Positions 49,986-62,007 of a stretch of 64,000 bases of DNA are shown here, one piece after another. Made by a program: the position numbers and the translations under genes. The notes under the pieces are model-generated. The model was not told the DNA's origin. It ran no database searches and saw nothing but the letters and a program-made list of their open reading frames with translations. Position 1 is the first letter of the stretch. Every line of letters starts with the position of its first letter. Source of the DNA: Rozella allomycis CSF55 (taxonomy: Eukaryota); the NCBI GenBank assembly GCA_000442015.1, contig KE560959.1, positions 186,001-250,000 of the forward strand, given 5' to 3'.

Positions 49986-51679
49986 ATGGGTGATACGTTT
50001 ACAGAGGAATACTCCAGTTTTCTCGATGAGCTCACCTTTAATTCAAAACCTATAATTAACAATCTCACTATTATCGCAGCCGAAACTCCGGATTACTCCC
50101 AAATAATCGTGGACCTGATTAAGGCGAAAATTTTCTCTGTAATAAAGTGATCCATGTCATTAAAGGCTTCACCAAAGCATAAACTCCCAGTATTATATCT
50201 TTTAGATTCTATCTGCAAAAACGTTGGAGGAAGATATGTTACTCAATTCGAGAAGGACATCGTCGCTTTGTTTAGCCACTCTTTTATGTCTGTTGACAGC
50301 AAAACTCAAAGAGACTTGATTAAGCTGATGAAAACTTGGAGTCCAATTTTTTCTACGAATATTATGAGTGAAATAGAGGACGTCATATTAGAACACAACA
50401 AGCCTCTCTCCCGACAAGTAAAGTGACCAAACTTAGTAAACTAGGATGTGCAAAGGGTAGCCCAACCATACATACTTCCATCGAGGGAATTAAAAAAGGC
50501 AGTAAAATCTACGAATTCCATCGAAGAAATGATTCAAAGAAGAAAGAGAGAAACAGAGAATTTTCATGCGTCTTCTTTCGATGAAGGAAAAAACAACAAT
50601 AATATAAATGATTTGCTTCATAATTCAAAACTAATAACATCCTCTCCTGAATTGATGCATGAGTTCATTTATTGTAACAAATCCATTTTAGGGGTATTGA
50701 TATATTGTTATTCCTAATAATAGCCAATCTCGGAAAATCTTATCAGTCTTATCAATGATCCAAAATCTCAATTTCAAGTAATGGCATTAATCAGACAGTT
50801 GGTTCCTTCAAATTCCCCTTCGCCAGCAATACTGCTGGAGGCATTAGCGAAGATCAATTCCTTGATTCCTTCAAGCAAAAAGAATGAAGAAGAAATTAAT
50901 AAAGTCATAACTAAGCCTTTAAAAAGTTTAGCTGAAATATCTTTAATATCATTGAACCTTGCAGAATTGTCAAAGTAAAAAATGTGATAATCTTGAACAG
51001 AAATGTTGATTTTGATGCAGCCTTAATGTATGATGCGATGCCATTACAATGTAAGAACTGTGCATTCCGGTTTAACGATGACGATCAAGGCCGTATTCGA
51101 ATGACAAGTCATATGGATTGGCATTTTAGACGAAATAGAAAATTGAAAGATAGGGCGAAAACTGCTATATCGCGAGGATGGTTTTTGGATGAAAATGTAA
51201 AATTGCATGTTTTTGTCAGCCTAGGATTGGGTTACATTAATAGACAGCTCAGAAAGATTACCATTTGAGAGTAATTTGCTTAATGTTATGCAATATTAGT
51301 TTCACCGGAAGACCTTTTTTCTCTACACAAAAATGCCGATGAAAAATTGGAACAAGAAGCAACTTTGGGGAATGATTTTTTTGTTTCCGCGGGGGAAATA
51401 GCCGAAAAATGCAACTTTTGCAAAGAGCGTTTACTTAAGGAGTGGTCCGATAGGTTTGACGACTGGGTTTATAAAAGTTGCATTAGATTTGGTAACGATG
51501 TAACGACATTGATTGTATTATTTTAGCTTTATCACTTCAATTGCTATATTTCACATTACCCAGACGCGAATTTAGAACAAATAAAACAGCGTCAGATAGA
51601 AACACTGGTATTTTATTGTATTTCTGTTAAAAAGAACATCCAAGAAGATCTAAAAGATTTCGACTACAACATTATTTAA
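49986..51679 (+). CDS. PCF11: Pcf11 cleavage/polyadenylation factor
   Basis: CID (LTFNSKPIINNLT, KLPVLYLLDSICKN), QCKNCAFRF...HMDWHFRRN, SRGWF. Confidence 0.93.
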
Positions 51680-51700
51680 TAAATTGCATGTTTTACCATT

Positions 51701-52355
51701 CTAAGACTGATCTGGTCCAGGGCATTTTTCTGGTATTCGAAAAAGTTCAAAATTTAAATCAGTGAAGAGCTTATCGAAATTCTGAGCGATAACGACTTTT
51801 AAGAAATTAAAACCACACTCTTTTTCCAATCCATTAACCATGTCCATTTCAATAAACCTATTTTCATGGAGCTGGTTACTGGGTTTTTCAGGATTATAAT
51901 ATGTAATTTCATTTGAGAAAAGATTTTGTAACACAAATTCCGAAGCCTCCGAAAGACACCCAAGAATATTAGCGCGCGATGTTTGAAATTCGCGAGTCTT
52001 GCTCTGTAAATATAAATTCTTCGTTTCAAAAAATAAATAGTCATACGTATTTATCGAAACTACCATTCCGTGATGCTTGATAGGCCATCCATCGTAGTTC
52101 TTCAAATTGGACATCGCCGCTTATTAACATTGCGCCGTATATCCCGAAACAAGAATACTTCCAAATGTTATATTCAGTTAGATTCTTTTTTATGAAATCT
52201 ATGATTTCGTCAACACTTTTGAATTCACTTCTCTTTGATGCATCTATGACTACCTAAAATTACAAAATACCAGGATGCGTAAACTTGCAATTCGCACCAT
52301 ATTTACATGACCCTGATAAAAAGTACTTGCATATAGCGCCTGTTTGAGGTGGCAT
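51701..52355 (-). CDS. Nup42/CG1/Amo1-like CCCH nucleoporin lacking FG repeats
   Basis: CKYFLSGSCKYGANCKFTH; WKYSCF...GDVQFEELRW; C-terminal FELFRIPEKCP. Confidence 0.7.
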
Positions 52356-52516
52356 GGTTGTATTTTGCCAACGTCTCATAATAGATGTATCAAAAGGTCA
52401 AATTTCAAACTTTAGCGTATTTTGCCTTAGATTATAATCCGGATATATACATGGAAATTAGAAATCTTCATCTTCTATACCCGATTTGGAGATAATTCTG
52501 AAATTATAAATTCCCG

Positions 52517-53385
52517 ATGACTGCTAGTTCATATAGTATAGCTTATTCTAGTTTTATACTATTCGGCATTCTAGTATCATATATACCACAGGTAAAAGTG
52601 TTTAATTGACATATTAGCATTATAAAATTGTTAGCCTGAAATCAAGCGAAGGTATTTCTCTGCATTTTGTAATACTTGGTGGATTGACGGTATTTCCAAA
52701 TATCGCCGCAGTCATTATCCTCAATCTCCCTGATCTGTTAATATCGGAGGTAAAATTTGCTACATATGAAAAAAGGATCCCTTTGAATTAGCGAATTCAT
52801 GCCTAAATATTCTCCAAATAGTAGTTCAAAATTTAATGTTTTTTGTGACGTAAATGTTTATAATATGTGAAAACAGATTTATTCTTTTCTATCTATATTT
52901 AAGCCGTAATCGAAGTCAGTGGGCTTTCCGAGTCTTAAAACTTGTAGTTTGCGAGATTATCATAACATTGGCCGCTTCATGCACAGTTGTTATTCTTTTT
53001 GGTTTGCAAAGTTTCTCTTCGATTTTACTGGGTAGGTCGCTGGGCTATTTCACCTCAATTTTATCTATTCTCCAGTACACCCCACAAATTTTGGAAACAT
53101 ATAAGCTCAAAACTGGGGGTGCTTTAAGCATGCTGACTTTGTCCATCCAATGTCCAGGTACATTCAAAGCTATATCATAATTCAGGAACTATAGCTTTTG
53201 CCGTATCTCAATATCTGAACAAAAGCGATGTTGCTGTGTATTTTAGTTTGGTTATAAACGCCATTCTACAGTTACTCCTCTTGTTCCTTGTAGTCTTTTA
53301 CGACAAAATAAAAGCACCCAGGCACACTTTTGCCAATATAGAAGATGGTGCAGTAGATTCTTCTGTAGTTATCAATGCAAAATAA
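52517..53385 (+). CDS. PQ-loop repeat membrane transporter
   Basis: SYIPQHYKIVSLKSSEGIS and LQYTPQILETYKLKTGGALS. Confidence 0.88.
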
Positions 53386-53573
53386 TTAATAAATACAATA
53401 TTTGTAATACAAATTCTCCTTCAAACGGGACCAAGTGCGTGATCCGAGTAACTTGGTGAAACTTAGATTACAGTTCTCAACTTAAAAGTCTCTGTCTCCC
53501 CCAATGCTTTTTTTCATCTGAAACTTCACCTTGAAATGCTAAATTTCCCATTTTGACCCTTGCACTTTCAAAA

Positions 53574-54157
53574 ATGGGCAAAAGGACTCTTTATATTGCT
53601 GGTGTAAATCCTTCAACACGAGCTCGTGATTTGGCATACGAATTTGAAAGGTTATATTGGCCTATTTTTTGAAATAGGTATGGACGACTTGTAAGGTGTG
53701 ATATTCCTGCACCACGACCAGGAAGTAGACGCGTGTAAGTGTATTATGATGTTTTTAGAAGATATGCATTTGTTGAATTTGAAGATGATCGCGATGCTTC
53801 TCGTGCGTATCGCGAAATGGACGGGCGGTATGTTGATCGTAGTCGTATTACTGTTGAAGTAAACTGCATTGAATTTTCATATATTAGTGGGCTAAAAGTA
53901 CTCGTGGAAGCGGATATCGCGATAGGTCTCGTTCTCCTAGAAGACGCAGCAGGTCCAGAGATAGAAGAAGAAGTGAAAGAAGGGAAGAAAAGTTAGAAAA
54001 CGATGAAAGAAAAAATGAAGATAATCAAGATAGAACCAATGATACCTCTCTTGATAATGAGAAAAACAAGGTAGAGCTGGAAAGTCGTGACGAATCAAAC
54101 GCGGAGCCAAATAATGAGGTAGAATCAAAAGAAGAATCATTAAAAAATGACGAATAG
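53574..54157 (+). CDS. SR-type RRM splicing factor (S. pombe Srp1-like)
   Basis: RTLYIAG...RARDLAYEFERYGRLVRCDIP, YAFVEFED, then RSRSPRRRSRSR and an acidic tail. Confidence 0.88.
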
Positions 54158-54184
54158 TTTTTTATTTAAATAAAACAAACCTTT

Positions 54185-54728
54185 TCAAGCGCTTTTATAT
54201 TCGTATCTGAGTTTCCTCACCGCTTGAATTTCCTTGCTGATGGTATTGAAGTCACATCTTGTTTTATGCACTATGTATGTCAAAGCGAATGGCAATATGC
54301 TTATTATTATACTTGGTAAAGAAACAGTTAATTTAAGAACTTCAAAAATTAAGGGGACAAAATTTAAACTACCGATAATCCAACAAGTCCAAATCCAGAA
54401 TTGACGAGGCACCTGGTAGTTGGTGAAATACATATTCACAAATGATATTAACGATAATAGGGAGAACGCCAGAATATTGGATGAGCATTGAAAGGCAGAA
54501 ACATTGACACTGGCCCCTTTAAATAGCAAGAAAAGATTCAAAAACATTGACACAATAAAAACTGTGGCCTATAAATTTAGTAAAATCTAGTTACATTGTT
54601 CCTTTTAGTGTGATATAATAACGTTTGCTCAAAGTTATTGATTAGCATTTCTTGCACTGCCATAAATTAAAGTAATGTTGTTAACCATGCGATTCTAATG
54701 GAAAATTTTCATCTAGTTTTGATTCCAT
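54185..54728 (-). CDS. Small uncharacterised membrane protein
   Basis: About 4 TM segments ending LRYEYKSA; 5' exon structure uncertain. Confidence 0.5.
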
Positions 54729-54777
54729 TGGATAATTGTCATTTGGTTTAGTCCTTTTCATTTGTGAAAATTCGAAC

Positions 54778-56307
54778 ATGGACGAAGATGCTATTTTGAA
54801 TGCTTTGTTAAACGGGACTTCTTTACCCCCTAGTGCTAGTGGTAAAATAGAAGGAAAACCCCAAACGACTCAAACAATTATGCAAAATAACAATTTGCAA
54901 AGGCCCATGAACTTTCATTCTCCCCATGCTCTTCTTCAAGAAAGTAAAGGATGATTAAATATATTATGAAAGCTATAAATCAGACATTAAAAATAGTAAA
55001 TATAGAAACAAGCAAGAAGTTGAAACGAAGCTGGATGGAATTGAAATCAAGACAAATCAACATGCAAGATTTCTTTAACATGATATTTGATACCTTGCCA
55101 GCAGATATGGCACTGCCTTTTCACCAGGTATTATGAAAGTGTTTTTTAATGTTCAGATAAAGAGCAGCTTTAGCAATGCTCAAATTCCTACCTCTAGTTC
55201 TACCGTCAAAGAACAAACAATAGAAACAGCGTCGGAGATAGCTTTAGCGATGCCTAATTCACCCATGAAGAGGAAAAGGGAAATGGCTGACGCTGATGAT
55301 GTACCTAGAATGACCTTGCGATCGTCTTTAAGTAAATAGTTTTTTTCTGATTTGATAGGCTCCAGGTTAATTTATTTTTGTAAAGATATGTAGCGTACCC
55401 CAAAAAATAATTGAAGATGAAGATGTAGAACTGGAAGAACCGCCAGTGGCCAAGGACGTTGACGTTACAAGAATGAAGAGCGAAGATTTGCAAGATGTTT
55501 TGAAGTATTCGGGCGTAAATGAAGAAGAGGAGGCCAACGAGATGTTAGAAAACATAGAAGAGTATAGCGTAGATGAAGATGACGCAAAAGATTTGATGTC
55601 GTCGTATGTTAATCTTGTGCACGTGGAAGGATTTAAAGCCGCCATTACTCGAGCTAGTAAAATATGTTATTCTCCATGAAAGTGCGAAAAAATGGTCTCG
55701 GAAATATTAAAGAAGTTTGCTTGGACTATTTGGCGATCGCTGTGCATGAGCGAATAAAGCATATGTTAGAAGAGTTGATTGCTATTAGTAGGCATAGATT
55801 GGATACTCAGCGAGAACAATACAGTTGGAAATTGTTGAACGATCCCAAAAAACAAGTTTGGCTCTTAGATAAATACGATTCTGATGTTAACAATTTGTTC
55901 ATGGAAGGGAAGGAAATTTCTGGAATTCAAGGCGATGATGGAAAGATGAAAAAGAACAAAAAAGTCCCAACTAAAAAGAATGAAAAGGAGGAAACAGCCA
56001 TAAAAGCAAAGTTGGCGAATACTACTGCATTCGCCGCATTGGGCGGGACTAAGAAGTCTTGGATGTCTGGAGGTGGATCCTCGGTTAATAACTCATCAAA
56101 TGTAACACGATTACTGCACTATTAGTCTAGCTTAAAAGTAAAGGGTTGAAAGCTGAAAAAAATCAATTGGAGACTGCACAAAAACATCATAAGACTCAAC
56201 TACAAAGGCGATCCATTGCTCTAAAGGATTTGTTGTTCCTGATTGAGACAGAACCACACTACAGAAAGTCAACATTATTGTTTAATCTATTAACTGACCT
56301 AAAATAA
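54778..56307 (+). CDS. TAF4: TFIID subunit TAF4
   Basis: DLQDVLKYSGVNEEEE, histone fold (LAIAVHERIKHMLEELIAISRHR), ANTTAFAALGG, RRSIALKDLLFLIE. Confidence 0.88.
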
Positions 56308-56309
56308 AT

Positions 56310-58655
56310 TTATTTCGTTAAATCTACATCCATTAAAAATTCATCTTGCTCATCTTTAGTTATGGTCATTGATTCTAAACTTGGGGATATCATGCTCAAA
56401 ACTAAATTAGTATCGAGCTCCATCAAAACATCAAATTCTTTTAACAGTTTTTGTACCTCCTTATCTTCATCATTCGAAAGAATCGTCCTTATTGGCAAAA
56501 GGAAGGCATTTGAACATTTACAATGTATAAGCTTTAAAGCGATGTGGCTACGCACATTTTTGACCCTGTCTTTGCAAAGGGCTTCTATTTGTGGCAGAAA
56601 TCTATAATCTTTATTTTCAAACAAGTCAAACGCTATTTCTATAAAACTGAGTATTAGAAAATATAGTTTTCAATACTCTAGTCTAATGTGATAGTTTGGG
56701 TGCTTGGACGCCTCTTCTGCCTTTGATATTACTGTTTCCCACATTTTCCTATTGTAATGTTTTATTTTAGATATCTAACGTCTATAGAATAACCATACGG
56801 TACCTGTGTAGTAACTTCGGACCGAATTTGAGCCACATCATCTATCAATAATTGATAAAATATAGCAGGTAAAACTTCATCTACGTCTTGGAATGCAAAA
56901 ATGGCACAAAATTTTGCTAGTTGCCTTTATATAACATTATTGAAGCATACTCTGCGATTAACAATCGACATCGCCAATTTTTATTGGATTCANCAGTTGC
57001 CTTTATAAAACAATATTGAAAGCATACTCTGCGATTAACAATCGACATCGCCAATTTTTATTGGATTCATTTACTACAAGTTTAATGCGATCAATAAAAT
57101 TCGCGCGATAAGGTATTGAGAACAGTTCAACAAACTCGCAAAAGTGTTCCAAGACCCCTGTCCTTACCAGATATAAAATGGATGAAAATTATACCTCTAT
57201 ACAATCTCTACAAAAAATGTCAAATATTGATATCAAGTCTTTTTTTGAGTCTTCTTCCCCGATGACCTTAGCTATTTCGTGTAACGAGAACGATAATGTG
57301 CGCCTGATTCGCCAATGAACGTCTACGGCCATAGTTTGAAACAATGGCCTTAACCTTGGCCAAAAATTTTTACCAAGAGTCAATAACACACCTGGAAAAT
57401 AATAAGCACATAGCTGTGAGCGCTTGTCGTCATCTCGTTTGGACTCATTTTCGAGTGTCGTCATTTCAAGATACGTCTCTATTATAACTTCTGGGATCTA
57501 TAAAAGATTAAAAATATTTTTGCCTTGTGGTTTTGGAGATTGCATATAATTTGCCCAGTTGATTCAATGGCGGACGAGCGGACCCATACTGACTCGTCAG
57601 ATAAAAGACTCTGAAACGATTTTAATAAATCAATTTTGTCTTGCACTTTCTTTATGACACTTGATATTCCTTGTGCTACGGCATTCCTAACGATCCAACT
57701 AATATCACCACTAGCCCGGACAATCATTGGCTCAAACACATTCTTCACAGCAAGGGTGGATATTTTTTCGCTGTACAAGCAAATATTTTCAATGCAGAGC
57801 TAAACATTCCGCTTTAAATTTATTACTCTTCTGATAAGATAATTATGATGTTTCGCAAAGTCTACAAATATGGGTACGAAATATTCATTTATCACGTCTT
57901 CGCTTACGACTTCATTAAGACCTTGAAGCAACTATACTTTAGACATGCATAAATGACTTACTTCCAATAAGCAACTTATGATTGTTTCTGAAGATTCGGA
58001 AAATGCTTGCCTCATAAACTCCCCAACCATATCTCTTTGGCATTTTATAGGCAAGAATGAAATTGCTTCGATATAGCAATTCCAACAAGCTGCTTTGACA
58101 GCTTCAGCTTGCTTTCTGTCATCTAAAATCCCCTCTATATACGAACGCAAAATTATTGACTCTAAAACTTCTTCAATCCCCTCTATATAAGATAACTGGT
58201 ATGGAATATTTAAAAATAAGTACATTAGGAAGTAAAATTTTAAAGGCTTTGAGGGATTCATATGCAAATCCTTCTCTGATAATATGTTCTGGATCTTGTG
58301 ACAATATCTGCAAAAATGATTTCAATTTTTCCATAAAATCAGTGGAAAACGTTATTTGTCTTTCACAATATATCACAATTTGCTTGCATGCATATAATCG
58401 ATGCAGGACTAGTTCGCTGTTAACACAATACAGTATTTTCTCTTCTAGAGGTAAGTTTTCATCCACAGCCAAATCATCTGGCGTAATTTCATTTGTATCT
58501 TCTGTAAATGCCTCTTCGCTGAAATTATCTTTGCCTCCTGAAATTGTCTCTTTATTATTTTCAACGAGATTGCCTGTGCTTTCTGAAAGTACCGCGTCAC
58601 TATCTAAAACATATAGCTCTTTGCCTGTTAAACATTATAGGATTTTACCAGCCAT
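56310..58655 (-). CDS. PPP4R1: PP4 regulatory subunit 1-like HEAT-repeat protein
   Basis: CAYYFPGVLLTLG..W..L, DVHWRIRRTLSFSLHEIAKVIG, EVRTGVLEH, NWRCR, DRVKNVR. Confidence 0.85.
56919..57069 (+). repeat. About 75-bp tandem duplication flanking N56993 (assembly overlap)
   Basis: Copies 56919-56992 and 56994-57069 differ only inside the intron portion. Confidence 0.85.
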
Positions 58656-58724
58656 TGCGTATTTGGAAAATTTCTGAACCCATTTGAAGTCTGACAATAA
58701 ATAGAATTACTTATTGTTTATGTT

Positions 58725-59586
58725 ATGACCGCTGTAAATAATCGAATAAGATTAAACTCTGTTACTAAAGCGGATCCTATCGTAATATTCAAGAATGCAA
58801 CTGCCGTGGCAAAAAGTAATTAATATATTTACTTATTCTTAGTTGTTACTCATTTATCAGAACCGATTGTATCAATAAAAAATAAAAGAAAGAAAATGGC
58901 GATGCAAATTGCCAATTCAATGATGGAAATAGAGTTTTTGGCGCCATTATGCTCAAATAATGTAAATCTCACCGTTTATTTTGACGTTTAGTCCAGTGCC
59001 GCAGATAGTATCTCCAATAATTTACTTATCATAAATCAGTCATTTCATTCTTTCAGACAAGACATTTTGTTGAAAGTAGGTATATTTGATTAGAATTATA
59101 GGCATTTTTGGCGAGACATGGCTTTGATGTGCTTTTCCCTAACGCTTTTCAAATTGCAACAGGATATGTACCTGCGGATAAAAAACCGGGATTCGATTTT
59201 AAAAGCTTGCTAACGCACTTTTCTCTGGTTAATCAGGTTCTTTCAATGTCAACGCAATTGCATAGGGATATAACATTACAAAATCACAAATATATAGCAC
59301 ACCAAATAGCACTTCTGTATCAATCTATTAATTCAGTATCTGGCTTATTTAACGAGTTTAAACATACTATCGAAGAAGGATTTGACGATATCAAAGCAAC
59401 ATTAAATGAATCCATAGGAATTCCCCAGCTTAGCATTAGTCAAAAACAATGGTAACGTTTGCATAAATTTCAAACGACTAAAGGTTGCGTGAAATCACAT
59501 CTAGAATATCTGAAAAGTCACTCATGTTAACCAGTCAGTGTATAGCAAATACCGCCTACACGGATATGTTTATCGCGTTGAAATAA
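58725..59586 (+). CDS. Hypothetical protein
   Basis: Spliced ORF with 4 short GT-AG introns; block NHKYIAHQIALLYQS; stop within AATAAA. Confidence 0.65.
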
Positions 59587-59595
59587 ATATCATAA

Positions 59596-59676
59596 GACAA
59601 TGTGTCCGAGTGGTTAAGGAGATAGACTTGAAATCTATTGGGATTTCCCGCACAGGTTCAAATCCTGTCGTTGTCG
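59596..59676 (+). tRNA. tRNA-Ser (anticodon UGA)
   Basis: Acceptor GACAATG/CGTTGTC, D-loop with TGG, anticodon arm ATAGA-CTTGAAA-TCTAT, long variable arm, GGTTCAAATCC, followed by a T-run terminator. Confidence 0.95.
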
Positions 59677-59812
59677 TTTTTTTAAGTTCATAAAATTATG
59701 TTTACTTTTCATTGGAAAAGACGCATATTTTATTGGCCCATTGTTTTATATTTCGTTAGTTGCCATTGTACTCTTCTAAGATTTTGAGGTACCTTTATCC
59801 CGAAAATTCGTA

Positions 59813-60508
59813 ATGGAAAATAGGGAAAAACTGATCAAAACTGCATATAAGAATGTAAAGGCTGTAACAATATTGAGAATAGTATAAACACCGAGATAGA
59901 ACTGCCACAGATGTCCAATGGGCGTTGAAAGAATTTCGTAACCTTTTGCTGGAAGTACAAGAATATGAAAGATCAATGTTATATTTATGCCTGACTGGAA
60001 CTTTACCCATATATTACAGAAATTTGCAATACAATATTCCAATCCAGGTACGTATTCCTTGGTCATATCCTTATGAACCACCTCTTTTGTTAGTGCAACC
60101 AACGTCAAATGTAAATCATACATGAAAACAAATCATATATAGATGGTTATCAAGACTTCACAGCATGTAGATTCTCGTGGTTTATTCTACCACCCTTATA
60201 TTTCATATTGGGCTAATCAAGTTAACGTATGGACGTGATATTTATTTTAATACCTAGCAATCATCAATTGTTGGACTTCTCCATATTGCCAAACAAGTCT
60301 TTAGCATGCAGCCCCCTGTATATTCCAAACCATCGCAATTACAACCCCGTGGGGGTCAATATGACTCTTTAGCTGATGAAAGGCCAGTGAAAGAAGCGAC
60401 TATGGAAACATCTATACGTTCTGCGGCAAACGATGCTTTAAATGGCTTGATGTCGCAACTCAAAGCCCAAATATCGAACGAATTAGAAACTGAATTATTA
60501 AACAATGA
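59813..60508 (+). CDS. VPS23: TSG101/Vps23, 5' half (UEV domain and start of coiled coil)
   Basis: LTGTLPIYYRNLQYNIPI, YPYEPP, HVDSRGLFYHPY, PPVYSK; interrupted at N60509. Confidence 0.9.
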
Positions 60509-60509
60509 N

Positions 60510-61448
60510 AATTTAAGTAAACATGTTTACCAAGCCGGGGAGTTCAATTTTGAGAACCAAATACTTTGGTTTTCTGGCCCTAGATTCATTGTTTGAGTAG
60601 TACGCATATTCGGAGTAATCAAATTCACCTCTGTGAATTATGGTGTACTTTGGAGTGACCAATTCTTTCTGTTTCTTTTCTCCAATCATCTTTTCTACAT
60701 ATTCAATAGATGTTTCTTCTTTTCTGTCTTGAATGTCTTTGGAAGGTTCTTTAATGATCGATTTGTAAATGTTTCCTTTGTATTTAATATATTTGATTTC
60801 TTCATAGTCTCCCGTAGCAGTAAAACATAGTACTTACCTTTATCCAAACCCAAATCAAAATTTTTGTTTGCGGAATCAATTGAAATGTCAACCAGCATTT
60901 TTTTAAACAAATCCAAAATATTGTAATACTCAATTATCTCGGGACTCATAAGATATCAACAATGGTAACGATTTGTCCATCTAAATAATACCTCAAGATA
61001 TTCTACCTTCATCAGTATCCTCTCGTGGAGGAACTATCCTATGAGGAATGTGCCACTGTCCGTCCTTTTTCAACTCAACCTTATCAACATTCTTATTAAC
61101 AGCAATATTGACATAAACAAATTTATCTCCTCTTCCTTTACATTTTACGGCAAATCCTAATATCATTCATAGATTCTAGCATACCAGGTGTAGGTTCCAA
61201 AAACACAACGTTATTTCCTTTTTCTTTTTCGAGTTTTGTTATCTCTTCTTCGTATTTCTATTCGAAAACGAAGTTAGTTTTACTTTTCTATTATCAGGAT
61301 CATTAATTTCCTGCAAATATTCACTGAACATTTTTAAGAACTCTTTATCTTTAAAGGCAGTCTCAAATTGTTTCATTTCCTGGTACATTAGGTCTTGATT
61401 ACGTACCTCACGCGTCAATTTAATTTCATTCTCTTCTCCAGAAGTCAT
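60510..61448 (-). CDS. DNAAF2: Kintoun/PF13 dynein assembly factor, 5' part (truncated at N60509)
   Basis: AFKDKEFLKMFSEYLQEINDPDNRKKYEEEI, PTPGFAVK, FVYVNI, WHIPH, KYKG. Confidence 0.88.
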
Positions 61449-61612
61449 AATATGTAATTCAGAATTTTCAGGTTGGATGTTTTCTCATTCTTTTTTCAAT
61501 TAGCTCAAATATCATTCTATTCAGAAGTAGATTAGTAGAGCAGAAGAAGTAAAACTCTTTAATACCAATTACAATAAACTATTCCTCGATTCAAGAATTT
61601 TTAGAAATTACT

Positions 61613-61995
61613 ATGACCAATGTTTACACACCTTTTTGTTTCCCGATATCTTTAAATAGACAAAATGCAAGTAATGAAGTAGATTTTAAGGAACCTGTGG
61701 TAAGTAACATTCCAGAAGGGGAGCTGCTTGTAACACGATAAAAAAATTGATAAAGTAGAATTTAATTGTGTCAATAAGTGCAATATTTGCCTTCTTAATC
61801 AAAAATCAATATTTTTCGTGGATCTCTTTCTTTATGGTTATTCATTGTTTCATCAATACACGCACTGCTAGCGAGAAGAGAAATCTTTTACCCATCTTAA
61901 TGTAAAAACATGTTTTACGAAAAAGCAGGATTTCCATGTCAGGGATATTCGCAACCATGATCGACAAGCAAAAGAGAAACCTCCTGAAAATTTAA
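61613..61995 (+). CDS. Asterix/PAT10 (WDR83OS/UPF0139)-like small membrane protein
   Basis: Spliced LLNLIVSISAIFAFLIKNQYFSWISFFMVIHCFINTR...LMISMSGIF; missed by the ORF track. Confidence 0.65.
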
Positions 61996-62007
61996 GCTAA
62001 AAATAAN

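Noticed and set aside
56919-57069. Exon duplication in PPP4R1
   Set aside because: It is centred on a single N with identical exon sequence, typical of an unmerged contig overlap.
59596-59676. Selenocysteine or suppressor tRNA
   Set aside because: The anticodon is UGA, which reads UCA (Ser); a Sec or opal-suppressor tRNA would have anticodon UCA.
60809-60837. GT-GG intron in Kintoun
   Set aside because: A 29-nt GT-AG intron gives the better frame (DYEEIKYIKYKG).
60510-62006. Transposon with a 7-bp target-site duplication
   Set aside because: No terminal repeats or transposase, only host genes, and both ends are Ns.
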